Origin: Scyliorhinus canicula
Lineage: Eukaryota
NCBI RefSeq assembly: GCF_902713615.1
Contig: NC_052154.1
Location: 7,379,784 to 7,443,783, forward strand
DNA length: 64,000 nucleotides
Direction of reading: 5' to 3'
The notes beneath the pieces are model-generated. The model saw only the letters and a list, made by a program, of their open reading frames with translations, was not told where the DNA came from and ran no database searches. Position numbers and translations under genes: made by a program. Of the stretch, positions 35,494 through 48,819 are shown in pieces; positions within the stretch are counted from its first letter, which is position 1; every line of letters begins with the position of its first letter.

Positions 35494-36847
35494 TATATCT
35501 TGGTATTTATGACCTGTAGCTCAGTTGGCCCCACAAGTCGCAACATCTTCACTATGTTGTCTTTGGAACAAGTCTATGTTTGCTGGTGTTGGGTTGCTAT
35601 GGGGGAGACTAGCCCCACAGAGTGGGATGGATGGAGAGGATCACCCAGAAGAGAAGCAAGCATCAATGAAGGTCAGCCCAGGTTTCAGAGTCTTGCACAT
35701 TTCATAAATAATTAGCACCACGGATGATTGGGGCAAAGTTCACTGAATAAACTCTGTGCATGAATGCTGTATATTATTGCGATCAATAAAGGCCTGAATC
35801 CTTTGCGTTGGAAAGTAAATGAGGAATTAAATTTTAATAATTCCTTTAAGGTCGATGTGAGGCATGTATAGTTTTTTAAGAAATGAAGTAGCTTAATTTA
35901 TTTTAATCTTTCTTTCTTTGTAGTCTTCAGTTGCAAGGAATGTCTGAGGTGTGATCTGAACCTTCTGGTTGAGATGACATAGGTGCAATCCTGCGGAGGC
36001 AACAGTGATCTTGATCTCTGACTGGTGAGACCCTCACATCGCCACTTGTCAAGAAGGCATCTTGGACCATTAGACTACAAGATAAGGCCATTCGGCCCAT
36101 CGTGTCTGCTCCGCAATTCGACCATGGCTGATATGATTCTCATCCCCATTCTCCTGCCTTCGCCCCGTGACCCCTGATCCCCTTATTGATCAAGAACCTA
36201 TCTACCTCTGTCTTTAAAACACTCATTGACTTGTCCTCCACAGCGCTGTGCCTTCCCCCAGGAATCAAGGACCCTGGGAGGAGGGGGTGGGGGGAATGGA
36301 GTGGGGTGCGGGGGTTGGTCCCACCTGCTGACATTTGCTGGCGAATCAGAAGCTGGGAGCTATCATGTACTCAGCAGCGCCAGTAAGGTGGCGGTGGCTG
36401 CTGCTGGTGCTACACCGGCGCAAGGCCTCGCTCAGATCCAGGGGGGCCGCAGGACGAGGTGGGTGAATAATAGTTGGAAGAGGTGCCGTGAAATTGGAAT
36501 TGCAATGGAAGAGGAAGCAAGAGCAGCAGGGTGGCTTTCAGTGACCCAGCCCATTATTGGGTTTCTCAATTAGACATGGCTGATTCACAACTAAATTGCA
36601 TTGTTAATGTAAGCCTTCTTGTGACAATAATAAAGTTATTATTAATATTATGAGTTGGCCTTTGAACGGGGGCACCAAAATTCCCCCAGCCCCACCACCC
36701 CCCAGGTTTGTTTGTCATAGCGAGACCCCTCCCCACCACTGGTTTAATACCAGCAGGCGGGAGGCTGAGGATAATTAATCAGCATTAGTTGCTCACCTAA
36801 TTGCCTCAATTGGTGGTGGGCATGAAGGCCATTCACAGACTCCACAG

Positions 36848-37150
36848 GATAATAATAACCTTTATTAGTATCACAAGTAGGCTTACATCAACACCGCACT
36901 GTGGTAACTGTGAAAATCCCCGAGTCGCCACACTGCAGCGCCTGTTTTGGGTACAAGGAGGGAGAATTCAGAATGTCCAATTCACCTAACAAGCATGTCT
37001 TTCAGGACTTGTGGGAGGAAACCGGAGCGCCCGGACGAAACCCGCGCAGACACGGCGAGAACGTGCTGACTCCGCACAAACCGTGACCCAAGCCGGGAAT
37101 CAAACCTTGGTCCCTGGTGCTGTGAAGCAACAGGGCGAACCACCGTGTCA
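36848..37150 (-). mobile_element. V-SINE with (TAT)n-ending tail
   Basis: Same family as 62575-62880. Confidence 0.8.
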
Positions 37151-37741
37151 GCGTGCCGCACATGTCGCCCCCCCACTCGCAACCCCACCCTCTATCCCCA
37201 CCATCACACCTGTCAAAGGGAGGGCACAAGATTCAGCCCATCATCGCTGCTGTGTCCATCTCATTCAAGATCCGACCAAGAAGTGCACTTCACCTTCACA
37301 ATTTGGATATCATGCTGGTTTTCTCAAAGCAACCCTCTCAATCCCACCTCTTATTTAACCTGAGTTTGAGTATCGCAAAAATTAAATGACACATCCTAAC
37401 ACGGCTGATTAATGAGTTGGCTGCTGAACAAACCAGCAAGGCCGAGCTGGCAGATTAACATTCAAAATCAATTAGAAACTTTGTCCATTGGAATGAAATA
37501 AAGTGCTTGTTCTGCGTGTAATTAGCGTCGGGTTTCTCAACCTCAGCATTTGCCAAGGCTTCCAAGTAATTTCAATCATGGATTTCATACTTTATACAAA
37601 AAAAAAAGGTTTGCAAACATAATTCAGTGGTGTAGTATTTTTTGCCTTCAATTCCAAGGCAGGTGTCTCACAGATTGAATCATTGTCCCCTCCCCCCGCT
37701 ATAAAATCCACCTGCTCATTGAAACCAATTTCAGAAAGAAA

Positions 37742-37798
37742 TTGTTGTAAGACTTCTTACCGTGCTCACCCCAGTCCAACGCCGGCATCTCCACATCA
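37742..37798 (+). mobile_element. 57-bp extreme 3' end of PLE family P1
   Basis: Matches 22252-22307; 16-bp TSD CAATTTC(A/C)GAAAGAAA (37726-37741 / 37799-37814). Confidence 0.85.
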
Positions 37799-37857
37799 CA
37801 ATTTCCGAAAGAAAGAGCTTTAATTTATATAGCACCGGTCACATGCAGAGGTCATCC

Positions 37858-38360
37858 CAGAAACAACATCTCATCTTCCGGTTAGGCACGCTACAGCCTT
37901 CTGGTCTCAACATCCAATTCAACAACTTCAGATGATTAGCTCTGCCTCACCTCGACCCATTTGTTTTCATCCTATTTCATTTTAACTGTCTTTTACCATT
38001 TCTTTCTTTCTTCTCTTTCTTTATATCTATTTACCCCTCCCCATCTTATCCACCTTTCGTCACCCTTTCTCCCCTTTGCTTCCCCCTTCCCCTCCCTCCA
38101 CATCTGACACAGTTTACCCACTGATGTTAGTTTCTCCGTTGTTTGGCCTGTCGCATCTTTTGTTCTCTCTGGGGACTGCCATTAGTAGTCTTTCCTCTTG
38201 GTTTCTGTGGCTACTGGCACCCTGTTTCCCTCCGTTTCTGTGGCTATGACTCATCTTTCATTCTCACTCCGCAGTATAAATATCTCCCACTTTCTCTGTC
38301 TTTTAGCTTCGACGAAGGGTCGTATGAACTCGAAACGTTAGCTCTTTCCTCTCCCTACAA
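37858..38360 (+). mobile_element. PLE family P2 3' fragment (GIY-YIG C-terminus plus pseudo-LTR)
   Basis: 37861-37935 encodes KQHLIFRLGTLQPSGLNIQFNNFR*; pyrimidine-rich 3' region; hammerhead-like motif at 38305-38343. Confidence 0.8.
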
Positions 38361-39117
38361 TTGTACACTGAGCAAGAAGAGCAATGATGCCACAAATATC
38401 CGAATTGAGGCGTACACATCATTTTTAATTGTTGAACTCAAATGGAATCTTTACAGCAAAGAAAACATTGATTTAGTTGAGCACACTTGAATAGTTTGGA
38501 ACCATTTCAGGATTCTCTTAGGCAAGCAGCAGGCCTCAGAAGGCCGGATATTCCGTAGAATTCCATACAATTCCCAGCACAGAAACAGACCATTTGGTCC
38601 AACAGCTTTGTGATGGTCTATGTGCTCCACGTGAGCTTTTTCCAACTCTGCTTTCTCTAACCCTTCAATATATACTTCGACCCTTCATCCTCTTATTTAC
38701 TAATGTCGCTTTTTCTAAAGTATATCCACTAACCTCAACTATGTAAGAACATGAGGAGTCCACTGAGTTTGTTCTGTCATTGAATTAGATCGCAAGTGAT
38801 CTATATCTGAACCTCACTTACCCTCCTTGGTTCCGTAACCCTTCATACCCTTGTCTAATAATTATCTACCAATCACAGTTTAGAATTTTTCAATTTTTCG
38901 CTGCTCAACGGCAATTTAGAGAAGAGATTCCTGATCTCCCCACTACCTGTGCCTTCTGGCATCATTGCTGAATGGGCAACCTCTAATTTTAAAGTTATTC
39001 CATTTTAAAACAAATTCCACAAAGTAACCACTTGCTGGATAAACATATCCTAGGCCCCTTCAACCTTTCTTGATCATAATAGCCGCAAATTTCTGGAATA
39101 TTCAAAAACCCCTCTCC

Positions 39118-39450
39118 AGCACAGTGGCTAGCACTGCTGCCTCATAGCGCCAGGAACCCGGGTTCGATTCAGGCCTTGGGTGGCTGTCTGTGTGGAGTCT
39201 GAACGTTCTCTCCACGTCTGCAGGGGTTTCCTCCGGGTGCTCCGGTTTCCTCCCATAGTCCAAAGGTGGGCAGGTTAGGTGGATTGGCCATGATAAATTG
39301 TCCCTTTGTGTCCAAAACTACACAGGTTAGGTGGAGTGGCCATGATCAACATGTTAGGTTATGGGATAGGGCTGGGGAATGCCCTTTCAAAGGGTCAATG
39401 CTGGCTCGATGGCCTAAATGTCCTCATTTTACATTGAAGGGATTCTATGA
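39118..39450 (+). mobile_element. HE1 V-SINE
   Basis: Head, core and tail. Confidence 0.8.
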
Positions 39451-39518
39451 ATTCTATCGGTATTAAGGGCTTTAAACTAAATTGCAGTTTGACCTGTTAC
39501 TGTGCTAAATGTACAAAT

Positions 39519-40306
39519 TGTTATATATTATACAATATATTTGTGGCAGTAAGTTTATTCTTAAATCCTGAATTAAGGTATATATTTGTTGCAGTAATGT
39601 TAATAAAGACCTGAGTTAAGGTTTCCAGACTGTGCGCCTGCTGAAGCTGCAATTAAGACATCATAAAAGTTGAGGAAATTATTAATTTTAACCGTTTAAT
39701 TGTTTTCATGGAGTTGCCGAATGGAACATTGTTATGATTGCTGGAGATTCCCTGGCGAGTAGATGATTTGTGAGGAAGTGTAGTCCTAGCTAAACAGATG
39801 ATGTCATTAATGGGAGGAGCCACGTCTGTTGTAGTTTTGCAGTCTGCTAGAAGTTTTTTTAAGTTGAACAGCAGCTTTGCCAGATGCTGTCAGGTTGAGC
39901 CTGACAAGACAGAGGGATTTTCAGGCTGTCCTTGAAAGGGTTTCTCTCTCTCTCTTTTCCAAGTTCTGCACAGATATGCAAGTAAACCTGTGCTGTTAAC
40001 CTTATTTAGAAGTGTCATTTGAACTATATCAGGTTGCTTAATTGTGGAATTCGTAGCATGTTTCGATAGTAACAAAGCTTTTCCTTGTGTTTAAGAATGG
40101 TTTAATTGTAAAGCTATTTTCTTTGATGTTAATGTGGTTAATTCTGTGTTTAAATTAAAGTTTGTTGTCATAGACAAGATACCTATTGGTGAGAGTCGTC
40201 ACTTCTGGGGTGAAGTAGCCTCTCCCCACAGCTTTACAAACTAAATTAGGTGTTTGAGGATATTTTGTATCCTAACAAATGTTGAGTCTGGTCTGGGATC
40301 CTAACA
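39519..40306 (+). mobile_element. Probable Gypsy-type solo LTR
   Basis: TGTTAT...GGGATCCTAACA; ATTAAA at ~40154; no clean TSD and the start is uncertain. Confidence 0.45.
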
Positions 40307-40312
40307 TTATAT

Positions 40313-40660
40313 CATAGAATCATAGAATTTACAGTGCAGAAGGAGGTCATTCGGCCCATCGAGCCTGCACCGGCCCTTACAAAGAGCACCCTACTGAAGT
40401 CCACGTATCTACACTATCCCCGGAACCCAGTAACCCCCACTTAACATTTTTTGGACACTAAGGGCAATTTAGCATGGACAATCCACCTATCCCACACACC
40501 TTTGGACTGTGGGAGGAAACCGGAGCACCCGGAGGAAACCCACGCAGACACTGGGAGGACGTGCAGACTCAGCACAGACAGTGACCCAAGCCGGGAATCG
40601 AACCTGGGGCCCTGGAGCTGTGAAGCAACAGTGCTACCCACTGTGCTACTGTGCTGCCCT
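40313..40660 (-). mobile_element. HE1 V-SINE, full length
   Basis: (CATAGAAT)n tail, core and head. Confidence 0.9.
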
Positions 40661-41127
40661 TATTGAATTCATATTTTTAATTGTGTTAGCTTGGGGATGA
40701 GTAAAATTATAACTACCTTCAGTTAGGGATGTTCAATCACTAGCACAATGGCTGCTCATGCTCAAAGTTGCAGCAGTTAAATGGACCTGAATGACAGCCA
40801 GTGTGGACATTCATCTTCACCGATAATTAATATAGTTTTATGCTTTGTGTCTCAGGATATTCCTACCGTGCCCACTTTGCTTTAGCTTATGACACTGTTC
40901 TGAATTCAGAGGGAGCAAGGTAAAACTCAACTGAGACCTTACTGACTATTTTGTGGTGTGTTTACACCCCATAGCTGCCAGGTGCTCTGATAGTCTCTAG
41001 TCTAAACCTCAGTTTTAGTAAGGAAGTGATTTAATGGTATTGATTAAGAGATGAATGTTGGCCAGGGTACCAAGCATTTCTCCACTTGAATTGTTACAAC
41101 ACAGTGGAACCTCCCAAGGGATTTCCC

Positions 41128-43120
41128 AGACCATAAGTCGTGGGGGCAGAAGTAGGCCACTTGGCTAATCGCGTCTGCTGTGCCATTCAATGAGATCATG
41201 GCTGATCTGATAATCTTCAACTCCATTTTCCCGCCTTATCCCCATAACCCTTGATTCCCAGACTGATTAAAAATCTATCTTTCTCAGCCTTGAGCATACT
41301 TAATGACCCAACCTATGGAGCTCTCTGGGATAAGGAATTCTACAGATTTACTACCCTCTGGGTAAATAAATTCCTCCTAATCTCTGTTTGAAATAGGTGA
41401 CCCATTACTCTGCGATTATGTCCTTGGTCATAGACTCTCCCACAAGAGGAAACATCCTCTCAACATCTATCCTCGTAAAGCCCCCTAAGAATCTTATCGG
41501 TCTCAATAAGGTCACCTCGCATTCTTCTAAACCCCCAATGAGTACAGGCCCAACCTACTCAACCTCTCTTCATAAGAAAAGCCCTCCGTACCCAGGATCA
41601 ACCGAGTGAACCTTCTCTGGACTGCCTCCAATGTCAGTATATCTTTTCTCAGATAAAGGGGACCAAAACTGCTCACAGTATCCCAGGTGTGGTCGAACTA
41701 GTGCCTTGTATAGTATAGGTTAGCATGACATCCCTATTTTCACACTCCATTCCCTTTGAAATCGAGGCAAACATTCCATTTGCCTTCCGCAGGTTAACTT
41801 TTTGTGATTTATGCACAGACACTCCAAATCCCTCTGTGTTGAAGTTTCTGCAGTGTTTCTCCATTTAAATAATATTCCGCTCCTTTATTCGTCCTACCAA
41901 GGTGCATAACTACACGTTTTCCGACATTATTTTCCGTCTGCCAAGTTTTTGCCCAGTGCCTAACCAGTCTGCATCCTTCTGTAGACTCTTTGTGTTATCT
42001 TCACCACTCGCCTCCCTACCTATTTTTGTGTCATCCTCAAATTTTGCAACAGTGTATTCACTCCCCTTGTCCAAGTCACTAATATATATTGTCAATAATT
42101 GGGACCCCAGCATGGATTCTTGTGGCACTTCCATCCTGAAAAACCCCTTCTTATCCCAACTCTCTGTCTTCTATCAGTTAGCCAGTCCTCTATCCATGCT
42201 AATACACTACTCCCAACACGTTTTGGAAATCCAAGTATATGACATCTACTGGTTCTCCTTCATCTATCCCGCTCATTGCAATCTCAAAGAATTCTAATAA
42301 ATTGGTGAGGCTTGATTTTACTTTCATTTCTTTCCTTCTTTTTTTTACATGTTTTAGAGTACCCAATTATTTTTTCCAATTAAGGTGCAATTTAGCATGG
42401 CCAATCCACCTATCCTGCACATCTTTGCGTTGCGGGGGTGAAACCCACGCAGACAGGGGGAGAATGTGCAAACTCCACATGGACAGTGACCCAGGGCCGG
42501 GATTCGAACCCGGGTCCTCAGAGCCGTAGGCAGCAATGCTAACCACTGTGCCACTGTGCTGCCCTTGATTTTACTTTCATGAAACCATGCTGACTCTGCT
42601 TAGTCATCTCCATACCTGGGATCTACCGAGTGAAACTTCTCTGACCTTCCTTCAAAAGCCGGTAAATCTTTCCTTATGCTCTGCTATTACATCCATTATA
42701 CTAGACTCTGCCATTTTCCCAATGACAGATGTTTAGGTTACTGGCCTACAGTTATTGATCTTTTGTCTCCCTCCTTTTTTGGTAGTTTTCCAATCCTCTG
42801 GGACTTTTCCAGAATTTGAAGATTCTTGGAAGATTACTACCAGTGCATCCACTATCTGTTTATTAAACTTGCCTCATTACAACTCATCAAATCCAAAATA
42901 GCTCAATTCCTGCTTGGATCGACAACATATTGTTTGAGGAAGCTGTTCCAAATACACTTGATGAATTATCCCTCATGGCTACCTCTGCCGATTTGGTTTT
43001 CCCAATCTACACGATTGAAGTATTGCCCATGATTGAAGTATTGCGTTTTTTACATGCCTTTATTATCTCCTGATTTATTGTCCTACTGTTTTGGGGGCCT
43101 GTAGATTACTCCCACCAGTG
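41128..43120 (-). mobile_element. CR1 LINE with internal deletions
   Basis: VPQESMLGSQLLTIYISDLD...KFEDDTK (RT), VGVIYRPP (EN) and 3' UTR at ~41130. Confidence 0.85.
42345..42564 (-). mobile_element. HE1-type V-SINE, short-tail variant
   Basis: Flanked by duplicated CTTGATTTTACTTTCAT. Confidence 0.85.
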
Positions 43121-43549
43121 TGTTCTTCATGAGCTTTGTGCACGAGTAGCGGGAGAGGCCACATCCGGAGGGAGGCACAGACAGAGGGAGCTTGGGAACT
43201 TGAAGCAGAGTGAGAATTCGGGGCAGAGGGGGAAAGAGGTGGTCTTTGCTTTTTCTCCCTTCTGTGTAACCTTTAAGTCCAGAGAGAGGTATTGCCCTGC
43301 TGCACCTGAGGATGAAAGGGAGAGAGCTGATTGATAAGTAGTGGGTAAGCCTATACGTCTTTACAACTTTTATCACTTATAGTTCAAAAATACGTTTCAT
43401 GGTTTATAATCTGTAAGGGTTACTGGTCATAAATTGCTTTCAGACTGAGTTAATAAGGAGGGCTAGTCTACAGTTTGCAGTCTTGGTGGACGGATTATCG
43501 AACTCAGTGAGTATAAAGTAACTTACCTTGGCGATTCCACTGAAGCTAA

Positions 43550-43800
43550 GAAGGTAAAATCCAGCACCGGTATGTTATGCTTAAACAAAGGAGACTACAA
43601 TGGGACAAGGGACGAGGTGGCTAAGGTGGGCTGGAAGCAAAGACTTTACGGTGGTACAATTGAGGAACAGCGGAGGGCTTTCAAAGAGATTTTTTACAGT
43701 GCTCAAGAAGAAATATTGGGATATCTGGATAGAAATTGTCCCATTGGGCAGATGCAGCATGGGTTCATGAAAGGCAGGTCATGGTTGACTAATTTAGTGG
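43550..43800 (+). mobile_element. CR1 ORF2 fragments joined across a deletion
   Basis: LNKGDYNG...QHGFMKGRSWLTNL. Confidence 0.75.
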
Positions 43801-44133
43801 GGCCCGGCGCAGAGGAACGTAGGCCCCTCCCGGAATGAGCACGCCCGCCGATTAGTTGCCCCCCCCGATCATGTGCTTGGCCACCGTAGAGCCCCCCCCC
43901 CCTCCCCCGGAGACAGCTCCCCCCCACCCGCCCCCCCACCAGGACGGCCCCCGCAGCCAGAACGCCGAGGTCCTGTTGGGTAGGACCATATGCGAACGGC
44001 GGCGGCGGCTCTCGGCGGGCACTTGGCTCATCGAGCGCAGGAGAATCGGTGGCCCGCCGTCGGAGCAATGTGGCGGGACTTGTGCGCCTCCTTGCCGTTT
44101 CTCCAACCCGGCGCAGGCTTGGAGAATCCGCCC
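43800..44133. mobile_element. Harbinger-like MITE, right part
   Basis: CpG-rich; ends TTGGAGAATCCGCCC. Confidence 0.65.
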
Positions 44134-44793
44134 AAGGTGTTTCAGTCCTCAGCATTAATACCTCACCTATAATGAATCCTTATGGTAGAAACTTATTTCA
44201 TGTCAGAGACTACCTCAGTAATGTCATGATGTTATTTGGCTTGTCCACCTTACCTTAGACATTGCTCATAGCTTACATTGTCTGACATAATCTCCGCAGC
44301 CAAAACCATTTGGTTCAAAGAACCAGGGGAGTGTGACTAATTGAATAGCTCTTTCAAAGAGCTAGTACTGGCACATTAGGTTGAATGGCCTTGTTCTTCG
44401 CTGTACAACACGCTGATGCATGATTTTAATGCTGCACCAGATATTCTTCTGTTACCATATGCAAGTCCATCAAACATTTCTGTGTTGGGTACATCACAGC
44501 AAGGTAAAGCTATCTCTAATATGGTCCGACAAATATGGCCTCAAATCCCGTCAATCAATATGTAACATCATATATATCCAGTTAATATACTATTGTTTTG
44601 GGGTCAAATCTGCTATTGTAACTTACTAAATAGAATTCTCTGCCTGGAAGGTATCTGGTGAAGCTGGTCACAAACGCTCGAGAGAACTCACCTGATTTTT
44701 GTTCCAGCTGTGTTCCACAAGTAATCTGCACTTGTCATTTTGCTTGCTTCTTCGCTGCCCGTTATCGTCCAGCACCAGAGTAGGACTCCTCAC

Positions 44794-44984
44794 ATGAAAT
44801 GAAAAATGAAATGAAAATCACTTATTGTCATGAGTAGGCTTCAATGAAGTTACTGTGAAAAGCCCCAAGTCGCCACATTCCGGCGCCTGTCCGGGGAGGC
44901 TGGTACGGGAATCGAACCGTGCTGCTGGCCTGCTTGGTCTGCTTTGAAAGCCAGCGATTTAGCCCAGTGAGCTAAACCAGCCCC
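44794..44984 (-). mobile_element. tRNA-head SINE with (TTTCA)n tail
   Basis: Same family as 5043-5223. Confidence 0.85.
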
Positions 44985-46114
44985 TTTAAATTGGCTGCCC
45001 CCTTTAAATTCCCAACACACACACACATATTGCAGGATTCCTCGACATTGCCTGACTCCTCCTCACTCTGTGGACAGTTTTCTGAGACTTCCCCGCCTAC
45101 CCCCCCCCCCCCCCCCCCCCCCCGGTGACAGGTTCAACGGCACCAGTGTTGAGCCTCTTGGTGACTTTGTGGGGCTCCCGCGTGGCGTTTGTCTTCTCTA
45201 CACTTCTTTCTCTGTCCCCTTGGCTGCTATCTTGAATACCTGGTGCAGCCTTTCAAGATGCTCAACCACTCGTCAACCTGGCCATCTCCTGCAGAATGCG
45301 TGGTGAGCCCCAATGGTCCAGGGGAAGGACTGAGCCATTCCCAAAGAGGAGAAGATGTTGCAAATTTAACCTCAGCTTCCTTTCTCCTTTTTATTACAGA
45401 GGTGCCAATATTTAATATATGATGCATCGTGACTTATGTAATATTGCCTACAGTACCTAAACAGGCCATTCGGCCCAGTAATTCCATGCCACTGATTCTG
45501 TACCATACAATTATGCCTCTTCCCAATTTACTTCATCTGGCTCAGCCACTCTATCCTTCCATCTTGCTGCACAGGAGAAGGAGGCAATAAGTTTTGGATT
45601 TTTTTTCCGAGTGCAGAACGATTAAATGTTAGCAGCTGCCAACCATTCCCAATTAAGTACGAGTGACTCGTATAATAATATACGTAGATGTGAATTTCTA
45701 AGTACAGCTGAGTCCTGATGAAACACATAATTAGTTTGTCAAGAGATGTTCGCTTGGGTTCAGGATTCCTGCAAAGTGAAGAGCAAAAATAGCCAATTTG
45801 CAAATCATTGTCTCCTGGCCTACTTAATCATTCATTCAGCAACTCCATTTAATAAACACAGAGAGCACTGCACATTTCAAATCAGCAAACCATTTGTGTT
45901 TAAGACGATTAAAGGTTTTGAGAGGGTAGATAGAGCGAAAGGATTTTCTCAGGAGAGGGAGCTCGGAATAAGTGAGCACAGTCTTGTGCTTCTCCAGGGG
46001 TGATTTCAGGAAGCATCTCTTCATACAAAGGGTGGTGGAAATTAAAGTGGGTCTTGCCAATGACACCCAAAGCCCATGGGTGTGCAGAAAAAAAGATGCC
46101 TTCTGGAACTTGCC

Positions 46115-46412
46115 ACAGGTAGCGCAGTGGTTAGCACTGCTGCCTCACAGCGCCAGGGACCCCGGGTTCGATTCCGGCCTCGGGTGACTGTCTGCATGGA
46201 GTTTGCAATTTCTTCCCATACCTGGTGGGTTCCCTCCGTGTGCTCTGGTTTCCTCCCACAGTCCAAAGAAGTGCGGGTGAGGTGGGTTGGCCTTGTTAAA
46301 ATTGTACAGATTGGGAATGGGGCAGGAGGGGGGGCCGAGATAGGGTACTCTTTCTGAGGGCCGGTGCAGTCAATGCGCCGAATGGCCTCCTTCTCCACTG
46401 TAGGAATTCTAT
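46115..46412 (+). mobile_element. HE1 V-SINE
   Basis: Head, core and tail. Confidence 0.8.
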
Positions 46413-46789
46413 GGTGCTTCTATTCCACCTCTCTTCTCTCAAAAGGCAACTTGGGCTGGAAAACAATTGAACAATTTTTGAAGCTTTGATTTTGTTAGTT
46501 AAGGATTATAGAACCAAGTAAATGGGGTGAGAATATAAACCATCCATGATCTAATTGGTGATGGGATAGGCTTGAGGAGTTAAATGGCCTCCTCCTGTTC
46601 TTCCTATGTTCCATTTGAGCCCTCCCCTAGATTTCTAAATAAAAGTGCCCCCTGTTTGATACTAAACCATTCAACCCAATTTGAGTGCCCTTTCTCTGCC
46701 CAGCTAGCCCAAGTATTTCAACAACAACTTAGATTTATATAGTCCCTTTACAAAGTGAACCGGCCCAAGGCTCCTGACGGCAGAATTAT

Positions 46790-47005
46790 TGAAGTCAACG
46801 GCAGAGGGGGAGTCCGAGGAGTTCATGAGGAAGACATTTATTCAGCATGACAGCCGTATTTACACGGCCCTAGTCACACATCTCAGAGTCCACACTTCTT
46901 CCTGTAGCAGCTGACCTGTTATACCCGTGCTGGTTAACTCATAGTCCAATCATCACGAGGGAACCATCATCCCCAGCTGCATGACTTCCATGCAAGGTTA
47001 TGACA
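46790..47005 (-). mobile_element. Possible short LTR (minus orientation)
   Basis: TG...CA with antisense AATAAA (~46840) and TATAA (~46920); no TSD confirmed. Confidence 0.3.
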
Positions 47006-47484
47006 CCAGATTTACACAGTACAGATTCATTCAGGAACATCACACACAAAATAAAACACAGGGTTCACACACCCCAACAATATCTGGAGGCACAAATCTT
47101 GCAGCCATGTGGCAACATCAGTACTCATGTAAAATACCGCTGCAGTCTATCTCGCAGTCCCAGCCATCATGCAACAGTCTTTCAAAATCAATGCCGCACT
47201 CGCAAACCATAACCACAGCCCAATAGGATGCTGGGAAACTCAAAAAGGAGGAGAAGAAGGCCACAAATGGAAAACGGACGAAAACATTGCGTAACAATCG
47301 CCACAACTTGCCCCTACGACATTGCCTCCGGTACTGCCAGATGAACCAGAACCCTGGAACTCTCCCAGCACGCGCGCTCCTCAAGCCAGTATCAGCCCTC
47401 GGCCCGGTGCTCACCTGTTGTTTCAATAGGTACCGAAAGAGGGTCTTACAGCAATGAGAAGTCCGCACCTCAATCCACGCTCTT

Positions 47485-48815
47485 ACAAATTCCTGGGATA
47501 GCGGGACTGAAGGTTGATGAGAAATTGAATCGATTCGGATTATATTCGCTGGAGTTCAGAAGAATGAGGGAGGATCTCATAGAAACCCATAAAATTATAA
47601 CAAGACTAGACAGGGTAGATGCAGGAAGGATGTTCCCGATAGTGGATGATCCAGAACCCAGGGGTCACAGTCTGAGGATACAGGGTAAACCATTTCGGAC
47701 CAAGATGAGGAGAAATCTCTTCACCTAGTGAGCGGTGAGCCTGTGGAATTCGCTACCACGGAAAGCAGTTGAGGCCAAAACATTGGTGCGATCCAATAGC
47801 CACGCTGCACTGGAAAAGCAGCTCGCTGCAGTGCAGTGTGGCCGGTAAAATCCGGGAGACCCCATTCCCGGGATATACCCGGCTCGCAACATCTTGCGAG
47901 CTCCAATGCCATCTCACGGGATGTTGCAATGTAAATTCCACCCATTGTGGGCAGGATCGCTTTTCAGCAAATCTGCATATTAGAGCGAGACAGCTAGCCT
48001 CACTTTAATGTACAGATTCCTGAGGTACCTGAGACTTTGGGATCCATCCCCTTTGCCATTTGCTACTGGTCTCCACAAACAGGGGCCAGACAGAACTGCC
48101 TTCATGGGAGTCTCCCAGGGGATCAGAAGCCCCCAAGTTCATGCCCTTTTAGCAGGGTGTATGCTGGCACTGCTGGTGTTATCTGGGCATTCTGGCACCC
48201 TGGAAGTGCCACCTGAGTGCCAGCCTGGCACTGCCAAGGTGGCAGGGGCACTGCCAGGTTGGCATTGGAAGTTGACATTTTTTGTGTGCTGGTGATTGGG
48301 TTGGGCGTGCCCTGTGTTGGGGGGGGGGGGGGCGGTGGCGATGACCCTCCATTGTGCATTTGGGATCGAGGGTCACGTCGGGGCCTTTGGAAATTGGGAC
48401 ACCATTTTTAAATGGTGTCCCCGATCTTTCGCTGTACTGAGGGGTTCCGGCGAGCGGAGCTATTCAGTGTAGAAAATGGGGCTATGTGTGGCCATGGCCA
48501 TGCTTTCCCCGTTGAGGCTCCTTATTTAACGTTAGTGGCATTCTTTAGCCATGTGTTTCTCGGTGCTGCGAGTGTCGAAAAACCCGCGGCTAAACGTACT
48601 CACCATGGGACTTTGTTCCCCTTTAGTTGAATTGTGCCCCTAGTATGTTTTCAAGAAGGAGTTCGATATAGCTCTTGGGGTTAAAAGGATCAAAGGTCAT
48701 GGGGGAAAGCGGGAACAGGTGACTGAGTTGGATGATCAGCCGTGATCATAATGAAAGGTGGAGCAGTCTCAAAGGGCCGAATGGCCTTCTCCTGCTCCTA
48801 TTTTCTATGTTTCTA
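47485..48815 (+). mobile_element. CR1 3' fragment split by a MITE
   Basis: GLYSLEFRRMREDLIE...RGHSLRI; resumes at ~48641. Confidence 0.8.
47785..48640. mobile_element. Harbinger-like MITE
   Basis: Degenerate inverted termini GGTGCGATCCAA...TTGAATTGTGCCCC; interrupts the CR1. Confidence 0.6.
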
Positions 48816-48819
48816 TCCC

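Noticed and set aside
43800-44133. CpG island or host promoter
   Set aside because: Explained by a Harbinger-like MITE terminus.
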